Below are positions 20,584-30,080 of a stretch of 41,696 nucleotides of DNA, one piece after another; position 1 is the first letter of the stretch, and every line of letters starts with the position of its first letter. The DNA comes from a virus: positions 1-41,696 of the IMG/VR virus record IMGVR_UViG_3300044856_000069; one strand, 5' to 3'. Position numbers and translations under genes: made by a program. The notes under the pieces are model-generated. The model did no database searches, was not told where the DNA came from, and was given only the letters and a program-made list of their open reading frames with translations.

Positions 20584-21770
20584 TCCAGCGTCACCTCAAT
20601 GTTCGCATACGAAGGATTCGGAATCTCTTTAAAGCCGATGTCAATGTCCTGCGCTGCCATGGACGACTTGCTCAAGCCTAGCTTCAGATCCTTAATGCCA
20701 AAAATCGGCTTGGTGAGCGAGGGATTACAATCAGTAATGATGTTGCTCAGCACCGAAGCAGATACGTCACTGCCAATAGTCAGCGCGGCCAGATAATTAA
20801 AAACAGCTTCGCGTACTTTGACAGTCATAGTGGAGATATAGCCTGTATATTTTTTGATTACGACTTTAACAAAAATATCCTTATAGACAGGGCGGAAAAA
20901 TCGCACACGGTTTATATAATCGTTTTGGTCGGTATACTGCACTTCAACATCGCCGTTCGTGTAACACCCGATGCCTTTATGCAAAAATATCGCTTCAGCC
21001 ACGTCTTCATCCGTCCCTCCCTCGACCACACAGGTCACGGAGTGAGCTGGCAGGCCATACGGATTATCATCCGTTACAGAGCTGACGTTGGTATCGTTCT
21101 CGTACACAGCGTAGCGGGAAACATTTTTAAGAGCAGCAATCGCGCCTTTAGTCCCGTCCAGCATCGTCTGCGACGGATTCGCAGTGCTAATCGTCTGACG
21201 TTCGCGCAGCTGCGCATCCGTCTCCTGCGCATTACCCAGCACTGCAGCAACTTCATTCGTCACAGACACCCAGCCGTAAGTCGGCGTTTCAATCTGCGCT
21301 ATATCGCCAGCCAGAGCGCTCACAGCTCCCGCCGTGCGACAGGTCGCAACTGTGTATGTCATACCGCTGGAATCAATAACCACGCTTGAGGGCAAGTCCC
21401 ACGTCAGGCCAGCGCGATCACGCACAGCACCGTCAACGATTTGTGTAAACGGCGTACCGGTGATTTTTACCTGACACGTGCTTTGACTGGCAGCCTTGCG
21501 CTTAATGCCGTTCAGTTTGACTACGCTGTCCAGCGACGCACCGATAGCCGTTTCAGGCGAGCGTGCGTTATAGGCATAAGCCATAGCCTGCAGCGTATCG
21601 CTTTGTTTGAGAGCAAAAATGGACAGCAGCTGGTAATCAGGCGAGCTGTTATCCAGATAGATATCATCACCGTAGATTTGCTTCATAGCGGCAATCATAT
21701 CCTCTAAAATATCGTTGTAGGTAGGGATGTGTAGACCCGTACTATCAACATAAGGCTTAAAATACGTCAC
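20580..21770 (-). CDS. Baseplate J-like protein
   Basis: Size, position and the N-terminus YNDILEDMIAAMKQIYGDDIYLDNSSPDYQLLSIFA are typical of gpJ/gp47. GTG start overlaps the upstream stop codon. Confidence 0.7.
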   Translation of the reverse strand: MTYFKPYVDSTGLHIPTYNDILEDMIAAMKQIYGDDIYLDNSSPDYQLLSIFALKQSDTLQAMAYAYNARSPETAIGASLDSVVKLNGIKRKAASQSTCQVKITGTPFTQIVDGAVRDRAGLTWDLPSSVVIDSSGMTYTVATCRTAGAVSALAGDIAQIETPTYGWVSVTNEVAAVLGNAQETDAQLRERQTISTANPSQTMLDGTKGAIAALKNVSRYAVYENDTNVSSVTDDNPYGLPAHSVTCVVEGGTDEDVAEAIFLHKGIGCYTNGDVEVQYTDQNDYINRVRFFRPVYKDIFVKVVIKKYTGYISTMTVKVREAVFNYLAALTIGSDVSASVLSNIITDCNPSLTKPIFGIKDLKLGLSKSSMAAQDIDIGFKEIPNPSYANIEVTLE

Positions 21771-22132
21771 ATCTGCACCTCCTCACTACTAATAGTCAGC
21801 GAGCCATAGATGGTCTCTACTCTCGCTGTGAATTTATAATGTCTGCGTTCAAAAGATGATTCAAAAGATGTAACAGACTGCACGCCTTCCGTGCCGCTTA
21901 TACGGTCACGGATAATAATATCCACAGCCTGCCTGTTCTCTTTGCTGCCGGACGTGCCTAAGATTTGCTCCCACAACGGCAGCCCATCTTTTAGGTCTTC
22001 CCACCATTCGGCATAAAGCAAGAGCAGGCGCTGCTTTATCGCCTGCCCGACAGCTTCGATGCCGCTGATGTAATTTTGAGAGCCACGGCCAAAGCAGTAG
22101 TCCCAATTGTCGTCTAAACGTCTAACCTGCAT
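21767..22132 (-). CDS. Baseplate wedge protein (gp25/gpW-like), 121 aa
   Basis: ATG at 22132 with GGAGG 5 nt upstream. Sits between the PAAR and Baseplate_J genes. Confidence 0.45.
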   Translation of the reverse strand: MQVRRLDDNWDYCFGRGSQNYISGIEAVGQAIKQRLLLLYAEWWEDLKDGLPLWEQILGTSGSKENRQAVDIIIRDRISGTEGVQSVTSFESSFERRHYKFTARVETIYGSLTISSEEVQM

Positions 22133-22133
22133 A

Positions 22134-22424
22134 TCAGCCTCCAATAAACACATTGATGCTGCCTTCGGCCACAGTGCCACCACAGCTCACGGAATCACCA
22201 ATGCGCCCTGCAGCCTTGCCGTTGATGTATACGGAGCTGCTGCCGCTGGCGATGACGCCGCTATGCGTCGGATGCGCTACGCACCCATGCGGTGCATAGC
22301 TGTCCCCCACACGGCCTGCAGCGCGGCCGTTGATATATACGTTAGGGCTGGCCGATACGAGCACTGTCGGAGCGCAGGCATCATGACCGGTATCCAAATC
22401 GCCTAAGCGCGTTGCATTACTCAT
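22134..22424 (-). CDS. PAAR-repeat spike-tip protein
   Basis: Repeated units INGRAAGRVGDSYAPHGC and INGKAAGRIGDSVSCGG. Confidence 0.8.
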   Translation of the reverse strand: MSNATRLGDLDTGHDACAPTVLVSASPNVYINGRAAGRVGDSYAPHGCVAHPTHSGVIASGSSSVYINGKAAGRIGDSVSCGGTVAEGSINVFIGG

Positions 22425-22965
22425 TGATATTCACCCGCCCTGCTTTAATGTTTACCGTGCCGCCTACGATGTTAATCGTATCTCCGGCAAGCTCTACGTA
22501 AGCACTGCCTGCATCATTGCGTAGCTGAGCAGAGCCTGTGCTGTAGCCAGGGATTACTCTAGGCTGCGACCACACGCCGATAATAGCAAAACCATCAGAC
22601 AGGTCATGCCTGCGACATTCAACTTGGTTCTGCACGCCTCCGCTCTGCCACCAGCCATCCATGCACATATCGCCAAACACCACAAGACACTCATCACCTG
22701 CCTGTATAGGCAGCGTCAGCGCATAACCTCCGGCGCGTGGCACGACAATAGGCACGTCGACCAGCAAAGGAATATCTATCCATGATTCATCACCGTCTGC
22801 AAGCATTTTTTCTCGCAGCGCTGGTTGCACAGTAACAGTCTGAGCGGCCGCGTCAAAGCTTTGGATAATGCCAGGCATGCACACGCGCGTCTTGATTGCA
22901 GCGGCACGAGCATCCAATTCTCCCTGCCGTTCGACGTTCGGCGTGCGCAAATTCAAATCAATCAT
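22417..22965 (-). CDS. Baseplate central spike (gpV / Mu gp45 / gp138-N-like), 182 aa
   Basis: PGIIQSFDAAAQTVTVQP...VPIVVPRAGGYALTLPIQAGDECLVVFGDMCMDGWW. ATG at 22965. Confidence 0.65.
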   Translation of the reverse strand: MIDLNLRTPNVERQGELDARAAAIKTRVCMPGIIQSFDAAAQTVTVQPALREKMLADGDESWIDIPLLVDVPIVVPRAGGYALTLPIQAGDECLVVFGDMCMDGWWQSGGVQNQVECRRHDLSDGFAIIGVWSQPRVIPGYSTGSAQLRNDAGSAYVELAGDTINIVGGTVNIKAGRVNINE

Positions 22966-22969
22966 AAAA

Positions 22970-23962
22970 TCACACTCCGTTCGGATTTTGCGAATTGTTG
23001 GCCATGAGTGCAGGCAGTACGCCCTTACCATAGCGCGATACAGCCGTACATGATGTATACCAATCATTACCCTTCGTATCTCCAGTATGCGTCAGCTCGA
23101 TTACCTGATAGATCCATTCATCGTCAAGCGGCATCTGCGCCTGACCAGGCGTGACCTGCGCTTCCGCAATCTCGCTGTTTTTAAGTTGGACAAGCGACCA
23201 CATCTGTACAGCAGGATTCAGCAGCAGTTTAAAATTTGCACCGTACTGTGTCTGTGTCGGCATACCGACAAGACCTGTAGTAGGCGTTTGCACGATGGCT
23301 TCATGCTTGGCAGCGTCAGCAAGCTTAATCATGTTCAACTTGCCGTCATTCACCCAATAGCTCGCACCGTTACCGCGGGCGATATCGGAGATATACTCTT
23401 TAGGCTCGCCAAAAATAACCTTACCCCGCGGCAGCTTTTGCCCGGACAGGCCCTGAGTAATACTATTCGTAGGTATTTTGGTTTTTGACTTTTCACAGAC
23501 CGCATCCAAAATCTGACGTTGATTAACGCCCTTGTTTAAGGTTTTGGCAATAAAATTTTTCCCAAGGACATTAGCTCCGTCCACGCACAGAAGCGACAGC
23601 ACGTAGTCCGTATTATTCTCCTTGCGTCGGGACGGATAAATAATTTTTCCGTCGAAAATAACGCCATACTGTTTCTCTTGAGTATTGCCTTCAGCATCCT
23701 TTGCTTCCTTGACAGAGCCATCTGCAGATGTAGTCAGATAGCCTTCATAACCGGCTTCAATGATGATACGGTCGCCTTCCTTAAGGATTTTCTGCTCGGT
23801 TGCTGCAGTAAGATTGTAAATTTCCACGGTGGAATAGTTGTTTATTTCCCGAGATTTTTTGACAGTAAACTTCACATGCAGGTCAGAAACATTCAGGGCC
23901 TCCTTGTCCTGATCATCCACAACAAGGATTTTCCACTTGCGCATCCACAGATAACTGCTCAT
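22970..23962 (-). CDS. Baseplate hub protein (gpD / Mu gp44-like)
   Basis: Size and position between the tape measure block and the spike. ATGA coupling. Confidence 0.5.
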   Translation of the reverse strand: MSSYLWMRKWKILVVDDQDKEALNVSDLHVKFTVKKSREINNYSTVEIYNLTAATEQKILKEGDRIIIEAGYEGYLTTSADGSVKEAKDAEGNTQEKQYGVIFDGKIIYPSRRKENNTDYVLSLLCVDGANVLGKNFIAKTLNKGVNQRQILDAVCEKSKTKIPTNSITQGLSGQKLPRGKVIFGEPKEYISDIARGNGASYWVNDGKLNMIKLADAAKHEAIVQTPTTGLVGMPTQTQYGANFKLLLNPAVQMWSLVQLKNSEIAEAQVTPGQAQMPLDDEWIYQVIELTHTGDTKGNDWYTSCTAVSRYGKGVLPALMANNSQNPNGV

Positions 23963-24291
23963 GAGCCATCACCCCACAAAAGCACCCAGGCTGAGCCTAG
24001 TGTCTCATTATCCGGCTGCTCTTGCGTGGTAGGCCCAACAGCCACGATTTGAGCGCTGCCAATATTCAGGTAAGCGTACTGACCTAACAAATCAATGCCG
24101 GGAACGAGCGGCATGCCTGTAATCAACTCTTCGCCTGTGCTATTGTCGCAGACATCAGCCACCCACAACTCGTACAAATCATAATAGCGTAGCTTCAGCA
24201 GGATGTTGATGTTACGCTCGCCATCCAGCGTCAGCTTAAAAGTCTTCTGATCGAAAGGCGTGGTAGTCAATGGTATTTCATAATAGCTCAT
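23959..24291 (-). CDS. Hypothetical tail/baseplate protein, 110 aa
   Basis: ATG at 24291 overlaps the upstream TAA. GGAGGTG lies 9 nt upstream. Confidence 0.55.
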   Translation of the reverse strand: MSYYEIPLTTTPFDQKTFKLTLDGERNINILLKLRYYDLYELWVADVCDNSTGEELITGMPLVPGIDLLGQYAYLNIGSAQIVAVGPTTQEQPDNETLGSAWVLLWGDGS

Positions 24292-24971
24292 TACCACTTC
24301 ACCTCCAGACCTGTGCCCTTTTCTACTTTGCGCAAAATCGTGCTGTTGTCTTTAGGCTGCACTTCCTGCGATTTGCGCTGTGCACCTGTAGTCCACTGAC
24401 GCGCCGAAACCTTTTCGGTCCCAACATTAACCACCAGCACCTGCACAAGATTCACAGTAGCCTTGAGCGCGCATAGCGTCGACACATCGTCGCTCACATC
24501 AATGCTCTCAATAAGCATATTCTGGTACGTGTTCAGACGCGTAACAACCTGCATGGGTATACGCAGTTCCTGCAGCTTGCAGAGCAAGCGATAGGCCTGT
24601 ACAGATTTTGTGCCGCCATCACCACCATAATCAGCACCAACACGATAAGCCATGGCATCAGATACGCCAATCTGCATCGTCATACGGATAGGATTTACAA
24701 AAGCATGGTCGCTGATATTTGCGCCAGTCTGCACAGGATGCTGGGTAACCGTCAGGCTATGTTCAGTATCAACGCTAAAAACAGCATCAAAAAAATAGCC
24801 ACCAATGTTCGTTTTAACCATAAGCACCTGTTGTGCTCCTAGCCCACTGCCCCAAACAGATGGACTATAACCATCATTAGTCTTAAATGATTTATTGCCC
24901 GTGAGCTTAGCAACCAGATTATTAGCGCCCCAGATACCATTTAAAGTGTTCATTGTGCCCATTAAGCTCAT
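24291..24971 (-). CDS. Tail/baseplate protein following the tape measure (distal-tail-like)
   Basis: The motif TQHPVQTGANISDHAF recurs in proteins at this position. ATGA coupling to the tape measure gene. Confidence 0.5.
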   Translation of the reverse strand: MSLMGTMNTLNGIWGANNLVAKLTGNKSFKTNDGYSPSVWGSGLGAQQVLMVKTNIGGYFFDAVFSVDTEHSLTVTQHPVQTGANISDHAFVNPIRMTMQIGVSDAMAYRVGADYGGDGGTKSVQAYRLLCKLQELRIPMQVVTRLNTYQNMLIESIDVSDDVSTLCALKATVNLVQVLVVNVGTEKVSARQWTTGAQRKSQEVQPKDNSTILRKVEKGTGLEVKW

Positions 24972-26917
24972 ACAAACACCGTCCCTCCGTTATGCGCTGC
25001 CAGACGCTGGGCAAAATCTTCCATCGTTCCTTCCACAGCCTTAGCCACGCCCTGAGGATCATTAACATTACCACAATTAACCACGATGCCGCCAACATTT
25101 ACAACTCCGCCGTTATAATTTGCCGTATTATTACTCGGCATAAGACCGACAGTACCACCGGCAGCAAAACCTGCAGCATAGCTCGTAGGAGCAACAAGGC
25201 TGTTATACCCGCCGCCACCGTCGCCGTGATAATCATCCGCTTGTTTATTGCCAGACCGCATAGCTTCATAGGCAGCACGAGCATTAGCTTGACGTTGAGC
25301 ATAATTAGCAGACGCAGGATCAGGAATTTCATATTCGTCCGTCATAATCTGGCCAGCTATCTCCGGCAATTCAGCGCTTTGCATTTTAGCGTAAGTATCA
25401 GCGTAGGACGTGCGCATTTCTCTAGCTAAAAATTCAATCTGCGTGTCAAGGTCAGTCCACTTTTTACCACGCGCAGCAGCAAAACGCTTAAGAGCATCTA
25501 AGCGTTCATTGTGCCACTGAGCTAAACCGCCAGATGTTCCATTATCACCGATAGCATCCGTGCGCAAGCCAGATTCCTGGACAAGGTTGCCTACAACACC
25601 AGCGGCAGCAGAAGCACTAAAGCCCATCGACATAAGCTTTTGCTGGATATATTTAGACCGCTCGCCTGTTGCATTTTCATCAGCAGCCGCATTGATAAAT
25701 TCCTCACGCGCTCCCTTGAAATCGCCCTGCATAGCTTTACCCAAAGCACGCATAAGATGTCCCATACTATTGGTCAGCGTGAGCACCTTATCTACAACCT
25801 TACCAACGGCTGTCAGGAAGAAGTCCCAGAATTTTTTCACAACAGGATATTTTTTGCCGAAAATACTCTCAACAATCGTGGCCAGACCTTCGGCAATTTC
25901 AGCAACGCCCTTAGCCATATTAGCTACCGTCTTTTTGAGCTTCTCCTGACGTTCTTCGGTAAAGACTTTCTCAAACAGCTCTGTAAGCTTGGCAAGGATA
26001 AAGGCAATGCCTTCCTCAAGCTTTTCAATAAGACGGCGCAATGGATTATTCTCATCCGTGAGCCATTTCCAGAGCGGCTTTAATGTATTGCTACTCTCGC
26101 GCCCCTCAAGATAACCAAAGAAATCCTCCAGCATGATGAGTGCAGTGCCGATGGCCATCATCATCAGGCCAAACGGGCCTGCCATGATGGCAGCACCAAC
26201 AACAGCAAACACAGCTACTAAAGCCTTTGTTTTACTCGGCAACGCATCAATAAAATTGTAAATGCCCTCGAATAGCCATTTTAGAGCCTTAACCAGCGAC
26301 ATTGCTACACGCACAACACTCGCCAGCACGCTGGCTACCTTACGTGCCAGCGCAGGCAAGCTCTTGCCAAATTTATCATTGAGCCAGCGGATAAATTCCT
26401 GAAATTCTTTGATGTAGGGCTGCAGCTCTTTGATAAGGTAATAGACCACCCATTCCTTAAACATTTTTAATTTGAGCTGCAGACTTTGCACGTCATAACC
26501 AATCTCACGGATCCAGGCTAATTGTCCGTCAGCATCTGCAGGAGTAGACAGCTCTGCCATCTCCTGACGCAGGCGGAAAAACTGCTCACGCAGCTCCGGC
26601 ACCCACGCTACATCCTCCTGCGATGCGCCCATGGTTTTCAGGACCACACTCAAGGTTTTTGCTGTGTCCTTTGTCACCCACATTGACTGCGCCAGCTTTT
26701 GGTATTCCAAATCTGCGCTGGCCACAGCCTTAATGTTATCAATGACAGCTTCCGTAACCTTTGCCAGCCCCGCAAAGATAGCGCCATATTTAAGGATAGA
26801 GCCTAATTTCCCGAGCATACCGGATAGATTATTGATAGCTTTCGCAGCTCCGGCAAAAGCGTCCTTGTCGACTTCTGCACCGATGCGGACAAGATATTCT
26901 TCTAATATATTGCTCAT
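24968..26917 (-). CDS. Tape measure protein with C-terminal phage tail lysozyme domain
   Basis: Helical/hydrophobic central region. GVVGNLVQESGLRTDAIGDNGTSGGLAQWHNERLDALKRFA resembles the tail-lysozyme domain. Confidence 0.75.
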   Translation of the reverse strand: MSNILEEYLVRIGAEVDKDAFAGAAKAINNLSGMLGKLGSILKYGAIFAGLAKVTEAVIDNIKAVASADLEYQKLAQSMWVTKDTAKTLSVVLKTMGASQEDVAWVPELREQFFRLRQEMAELSTPADADGQLAWIREIGYDVQSLQLKLKMFKEWVVYYLIKELQPYIKEFQEFIRWLNDKFGKSLPALARKVASVLASVVRVAMSLVKALKWLFEGIYNFIDALPSKTKALVAVFAVVGAAIMAGPFGLMMMAIGTALIMLEDFFGYLEGRESSNTLKPLWKWLTDENNPLRRLIEKLEEGIAFILAKLTELFEKVFTEERQEKLKKTVANMAKGVAEIAEGLATIVESIFGKKYPVVKKFWDFFLTAVGKVVDKVLTLTNSMGHLMRALGKAMQGDFKGAREEFINAAADENATGERSKYIQQKLMSMGFSASAAAGVVGNLVQESGLRTDAIGDNGTSGGLAQWHNERLDALKRFAAARGKKWTDLDTQIEFLAREMRTSYADTYAKMQSAELPEIAGQIMTDEYEIPDPASANYAQRQANARAAYEAMRSGNKQADDYHGDGGGGYNSLVAPTSYAAGFAAGGTVGLMPSNNTANYNGGVVNVGGIVVNCGNVNDPQGVAKAVEGTMEDFAQRLAAHNGGTVFV

Positions 26918-26921
26918 CAGC

Positions 26922-27514
26922 CTACTCCTTTCTCATGGCGTCCTGCATCCGCCGTGCGTTTTCTGCCTTGACCGCCAACAGCTCGTGAGCGTCAAGCAAG
27001 TCATCAAAATCATACGTGCCATCACTCAGCTCGTGCTGCCGCCAAAGCCCTGCAACAACAGGAGCAAAGGCGAAAGCATCAAGCGTCGGATAACTCATCG
27101 GCTCGTAGGCTTGCCCGTCAATTCTGCCGGGAGATTCAACCCGGCTGCGGCGAAAAAACCTCCGACGTTAAAAATCAGCGCATGAACAGTCAGCTGGATA
27201 ACGCTGGCAGCATCATACGCCAGAGCCTCATCAACAAAATCTCCCTTAGCCGTCAGGACGGGTTCGGGGAGCTGCTGACCATTACCGTTATCAATCAAAC
27301 GATTAACAGTGCGCAGCAGCAGGGATTGCAGTTCATCAAAATCCTTCCGTGGCATACCCATGAGAGCAGCAGCTATCTCGGCTGTTTTGCCGCCAGACGG
27401 CGCCAGCACGCCCGCAACTTTAAAAGCAACATAGCTGCCTGTGCGAGCGTCCATCTTAGTGAGCTGGTAGGATTTGCCAGCCACCTCCACAACTTGTGTT
27501 TTTTGTTTTAGCAT
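26922..27514 (-). CDS. Tail assembly chaperone, -1 frameshift fusion product (gpGT analogue, about 197 aa)
   Basis: Heptamer U UUU UUC lies in the correct zero-frame phase at 27158..27152. The -1 frame is open from there through the 58-codon ORF that ends at TAG 26924..26922. Confidence 0.6.
27095..27514 (-). CDS. Tail assembly chaperone, zero-frame product (gpG analogue)
   Basis: Lies between the tube and tape measure genes. GGAGG RBS. Contains the slippery site near its 3' end. Confidence 0.7.
   Translation of the reverse strand: MLKQKTQVVEVAGKSYQLTKMDARTGSYVAFKVAGVLAPSGGKTAEIAAALMGMPRKDFDELQSLLLRTVNRLIDNGNGQQLPEPVLTAKGDFVDEALAYDAASVIQLTVHALIFNVGGFFAAAGLNLPAELTGKPTSR
27126..27158 (-). promoter_or_regulatory. 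Programmed -1 ribosomal frameshift signal
   Basis: TTTTTTC (27158..27152), a 6-nt spacer, then the 6-bp GC hairpin GCCGGG-n8-CCCGGC (27145..27126). Confidence 0.55.
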
Positions 27515-27531
27515 GATTCAGACCTCCATCG

Positions 27532-27969
27532 TCAAATCGGCAGATTTGTAATCTCAGCACACATCAGCGTCCAAGACACTCGCTGACCTTGGCTCTGATA
27601 GGGAGTGTCTGGCTCTTTTTGCGGCGAGATGCCGGAGATAATATGGCGTGTACCTATCGCGGTATTACGCAGCGTCATGCTGGTGCTTGCCCATTCACTC
27701 GTAGGCAGTTGCCACAACGCATTAAACCAGGCGCTCAGCCATTTATGGATAGCAGAGGCCTGTTGACATTCAATGGTTACGGTGCCATTATTGCCCGCAA
27801 TCTTGGACACCATGACCGAACCGTCAGAGGCGATGTCATGAGCAGTGCGGTCGGTAGCCTTAGCGACGATTACAGAACCTACACCAGTACCGTCAAAGAG
27901 ATAAGAGCCAAACGTCGGATGATTAATAGAGCCAGCCAGATCAGCAAAACTGTAAGTTGTTAATTCCAT
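27532..27969 (-). CDS. Tail tube protein (DUF3277-like)
   Basis: 145 aa, immediately downstream of the sheath gene. AAGGAGG RBS. Confidence 0.6.
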   Translation of the reverse strand: MELTTYSFADLAGSINHPTFGSYLFDGTGVGSVIVAKATDRTAHDIASDGSVMVSKIAGNNGTVTIECQQASAIHKWLSAWFNALWQLPTSEWASTSMTLRNTAIGTRHIISGISPQKEPDTPYQSQGQRVSWTLMCAEITNLPI

Positions 27970-27982
27970 TCAGATAGCCTCC

Positions 27983-29125
27983 TTAGCGGTTAACATTAAC
28001 CTGGATGGTAATAAATTCAATAGAACCAGCCAGTTTGCAGCAGACATAAATCGGTGGAGCCTTGCGTTTGTCACGGTCAGCCTGAGACTGTTCGTAAATA
28101 GGCTCGCTCTGCACCAGATAGCCATCAGGCAGGTAATCACCTGTCTGCAGATTCAGGCACTCGGCACCGTTCCACTTGCCCGGAGCGATAAAGCCCAACT
28201 TTGCATACTTACGACAAGCGTCATTGATAACATTAATAATGCTTGTAACGCCAGCTTCAGTCTGCGGCAATTTGCGGCGCTGATACAGCAGGTCCATGAC
28301 ATTAAGCGTAATGTCATTACGCAGCATATCAAGATACAGCACCTCATCAAAGCTCGTGCCATCAGCCATATAGCCCTGCTGCAAAACATCGTATTCCTCG
28401 CCACGAGTAATATATACGTTACCGTTATGGCCTGTAGATTCAGAGCTACCACACACATGGGTTACCTGAGATTCAGACAGGTCATCTGTTTTTACGCCGG
28501 GCAGAGTTTTATACGCCAGCGTAAACGCATCACCGGCAAGACCACGGTTAGCACCCATCGCGTAGCCCATAGTAGCTGCAACAGCATCGGGAGTATCCGT
28601 GTCACCACAATACTGACCAAAGCTGCGACGGTAGTTTTTATCCTGCAAAGCCTTAAAAATGCTCTTTGCATCGCCAGATGCGTCAAGTACGCTTTTATCA
28701 GCAGTTGTATACATGTAGACGCTGTCAGGTACAGCGCTCTCGCACCAAGCTGCACAATCTTTGATATCAACATCTTTTGCGCCCAGATAGCTAAACGGCC
28801 ACCACTGAGAGTTAGCAGCACGGCAAGCCTCCAGCGTAGCAGTTAAATTCTCGTCTTCTACCAGCTTTACGCCTACCGCCAGCTTGCGCGGGCTGGTCGT
28901 AGCAGCAAAATAGAGCTGAGCAGCCTTGTATTCCGGAGAAGTTTCTACAAACCCGTCAGTCAGCATTTGAGAAGCGCTTGTATAAATACGCACCCTTTCA
29001 TTCGCCGGGATAACCTCAGACTTGCCAATAATCAGGCCAAGGTTAAAGCCCTTGCGAGCAGCAGCCTTAGCAGACAGGTTGATAACCACGTCGACAATCG
29101 GAGATAAGTCCAATTTATAAGCCAA
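27983..29125 (-). CDS. Contractile tail sheath protein (DUF3383-like)
   Basis: 380 aa. TTG start 5 nt after GGGTGA. The N-terminus LDLSPIVDVVINLSAKAAARKGFNLGLIIG resembles DUF3383 sheaths. Confidence 0.65.
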   Translation of the reverse strand: MAYKLDLSPIVDVVINLSAKAAARKGFNLGLIIGKSEVIPANERVRIYTSASQMLTDGFVETSPEYKAAQLYFAATTSPRKLAVGVKLVEDENLTATLEACRAANSQWWPFSYLGAKDVDIKDCAAWCESAVPDSVYMYTTADKSVLDASGDAKSIFKALQDKNYRRSFGQYCGDTDTPDAVAATMGYAMGANRGLAGDAFTLAYKTLPGVKTDDLSESQVTHVCGSSESTGHNGNVYITRGEEYDVLQQGYMADGTSFDEVLYLDMLRNDITLNVMDLLYQRRKLPQTEAGVTSIINVINDACRKYAKLGFIAPGKWNGAECLNLQTGDYLPDGYLVQSEPIYEQSQADRDKRKAPPIYVCCKLAGSIEFITIQVNVNR

Positions 29126-29130
29126 CTAAA

Positions 29131-29712
29131 TCACCCTTTCTTGATAATAATGCCGCCCGTAGATACCACAGTTTCGGAATCTTCCGGACGGTTCGCACCA
29201 ATCGTGACAGGCACGCTGGTGATCGTTTTAACTTCTGTGTCGTAGCTCTTCGCCACGTTGAAAATCATGGTCATATCGGCCCTGCGCCACCACCTCGCCT
29301 GAAACAGCTCCGGAGCATACCTGGGCGCCTCATTCCCGGGCACCACATACACGCCCGCCTGCCGCAGCAGCAACATGCCGTTGTAGATGGTCGTGCGGAT
29401 GTTGTCCAGGTTCGCCGCCCCGTGTGGCCCGTAGGCTATCATCTGCACCTGCAGCACCCGCGTCTGTTCCTGATGCCTGGTCAAATCTTCCCCAGCATCC
29501 TGCCAAAAATCATGCAGCGGCTGCGACACATCCTGCCCATCCAGAAACGTCAGCTGGAAAAACAGCACATCCTCGTTGTAGCCCCAATCAGGTTGCCCCA
29601 TTGTGGGCCACGAGCGCCTCACTGGCGGCCGTTCATAGGTCGCCGCAGGGTCATGCCCCAGCGCCGTCATAAACGCCCTGTAAAACAAAATCTCGAGGTC
29701 ATCCAATGCCAT
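29131..29712 (-). CDS. Hypothetical neck/tail-terminator protein, 193 aa
   Basis: Positioned between the head-completion genes and the sheath gene. Confidence 0.55.
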   Translation of the reverse strand: MALDDLEILFYRAFMTALGHDPAATYERPPVRRSWPTMGQPDWGYNEDVLFFQLTFLDGQDVSQPLHDFWQDAGEDLTRHQEQTRVLQVQMIAYGPHGAANLDNIRTTIYNGMLLLRQAGVYVVPGNEAPRYAPELFQARWWRRADMTMIFNVAKSYDTEVKTITSVPVTIGANRPEDSETVVSTGGIIIKKG

Positions 29713-30079
29713 CACCGTCCAGTCTCGTCCCGATGGACCGATAGAATCCGTAATCGATATCCGGCGTCACTGTTACTACCCGGTACCGAGCCCCGCGCCA
29801 GAACACCATGTCGGTGATGTTCCCCGCAGGCCCGTCCGTGATATAGATGCGCTCGGTGGTCAGGATCTTAATGGACCCCGTCACCCGGTCGCCTTCCGGA
29901 ACCTGCTGTAGGTCTTTCGCGCTGGCCATGGTGACAATGCCGCGCATGGTCAGCGTCTCCGGTTGGTCACTCTGCACCCATGTGCCATACTCCCATCCTC
30001 CAGTACGCCGCAGGATAGTTATTTTCTGGCTCATCCTCGGGCTGTGAACCACCCGCGCCAGATTCACCCGCGTGCTCAT
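29699..30079 (-). CDS. Hypothetical head-tail joining protein
   Basis: 126 aa, overlapping its neighbours within the neck module. Confidence 0.55.
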   Translation of the reverse strand: MSTRVNLARVVHSPRMSQKITILRRTGGWEYGTWVQSDQPETLTMRGIVTMASAKDLQQVPEGDRVTGSIKILTTERIYITDGPAGNITDMVFWRGARYRVVTVTPDIDYGFYRSIGTRLDGDGIG

Positions 30080-30080
30080 A

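Noticed and set aside
26922-27098. 58-codon ORF as an independent gene
   Set aside because: It has an ATG overlapping the upstream stop codon (ATGA) but no RBS. It lies in the -1 frame downstream of an in-phase U UUU UUC heptamer. I interpret it as the frameshift extension, although independent coupled initiation cannot be excluded.
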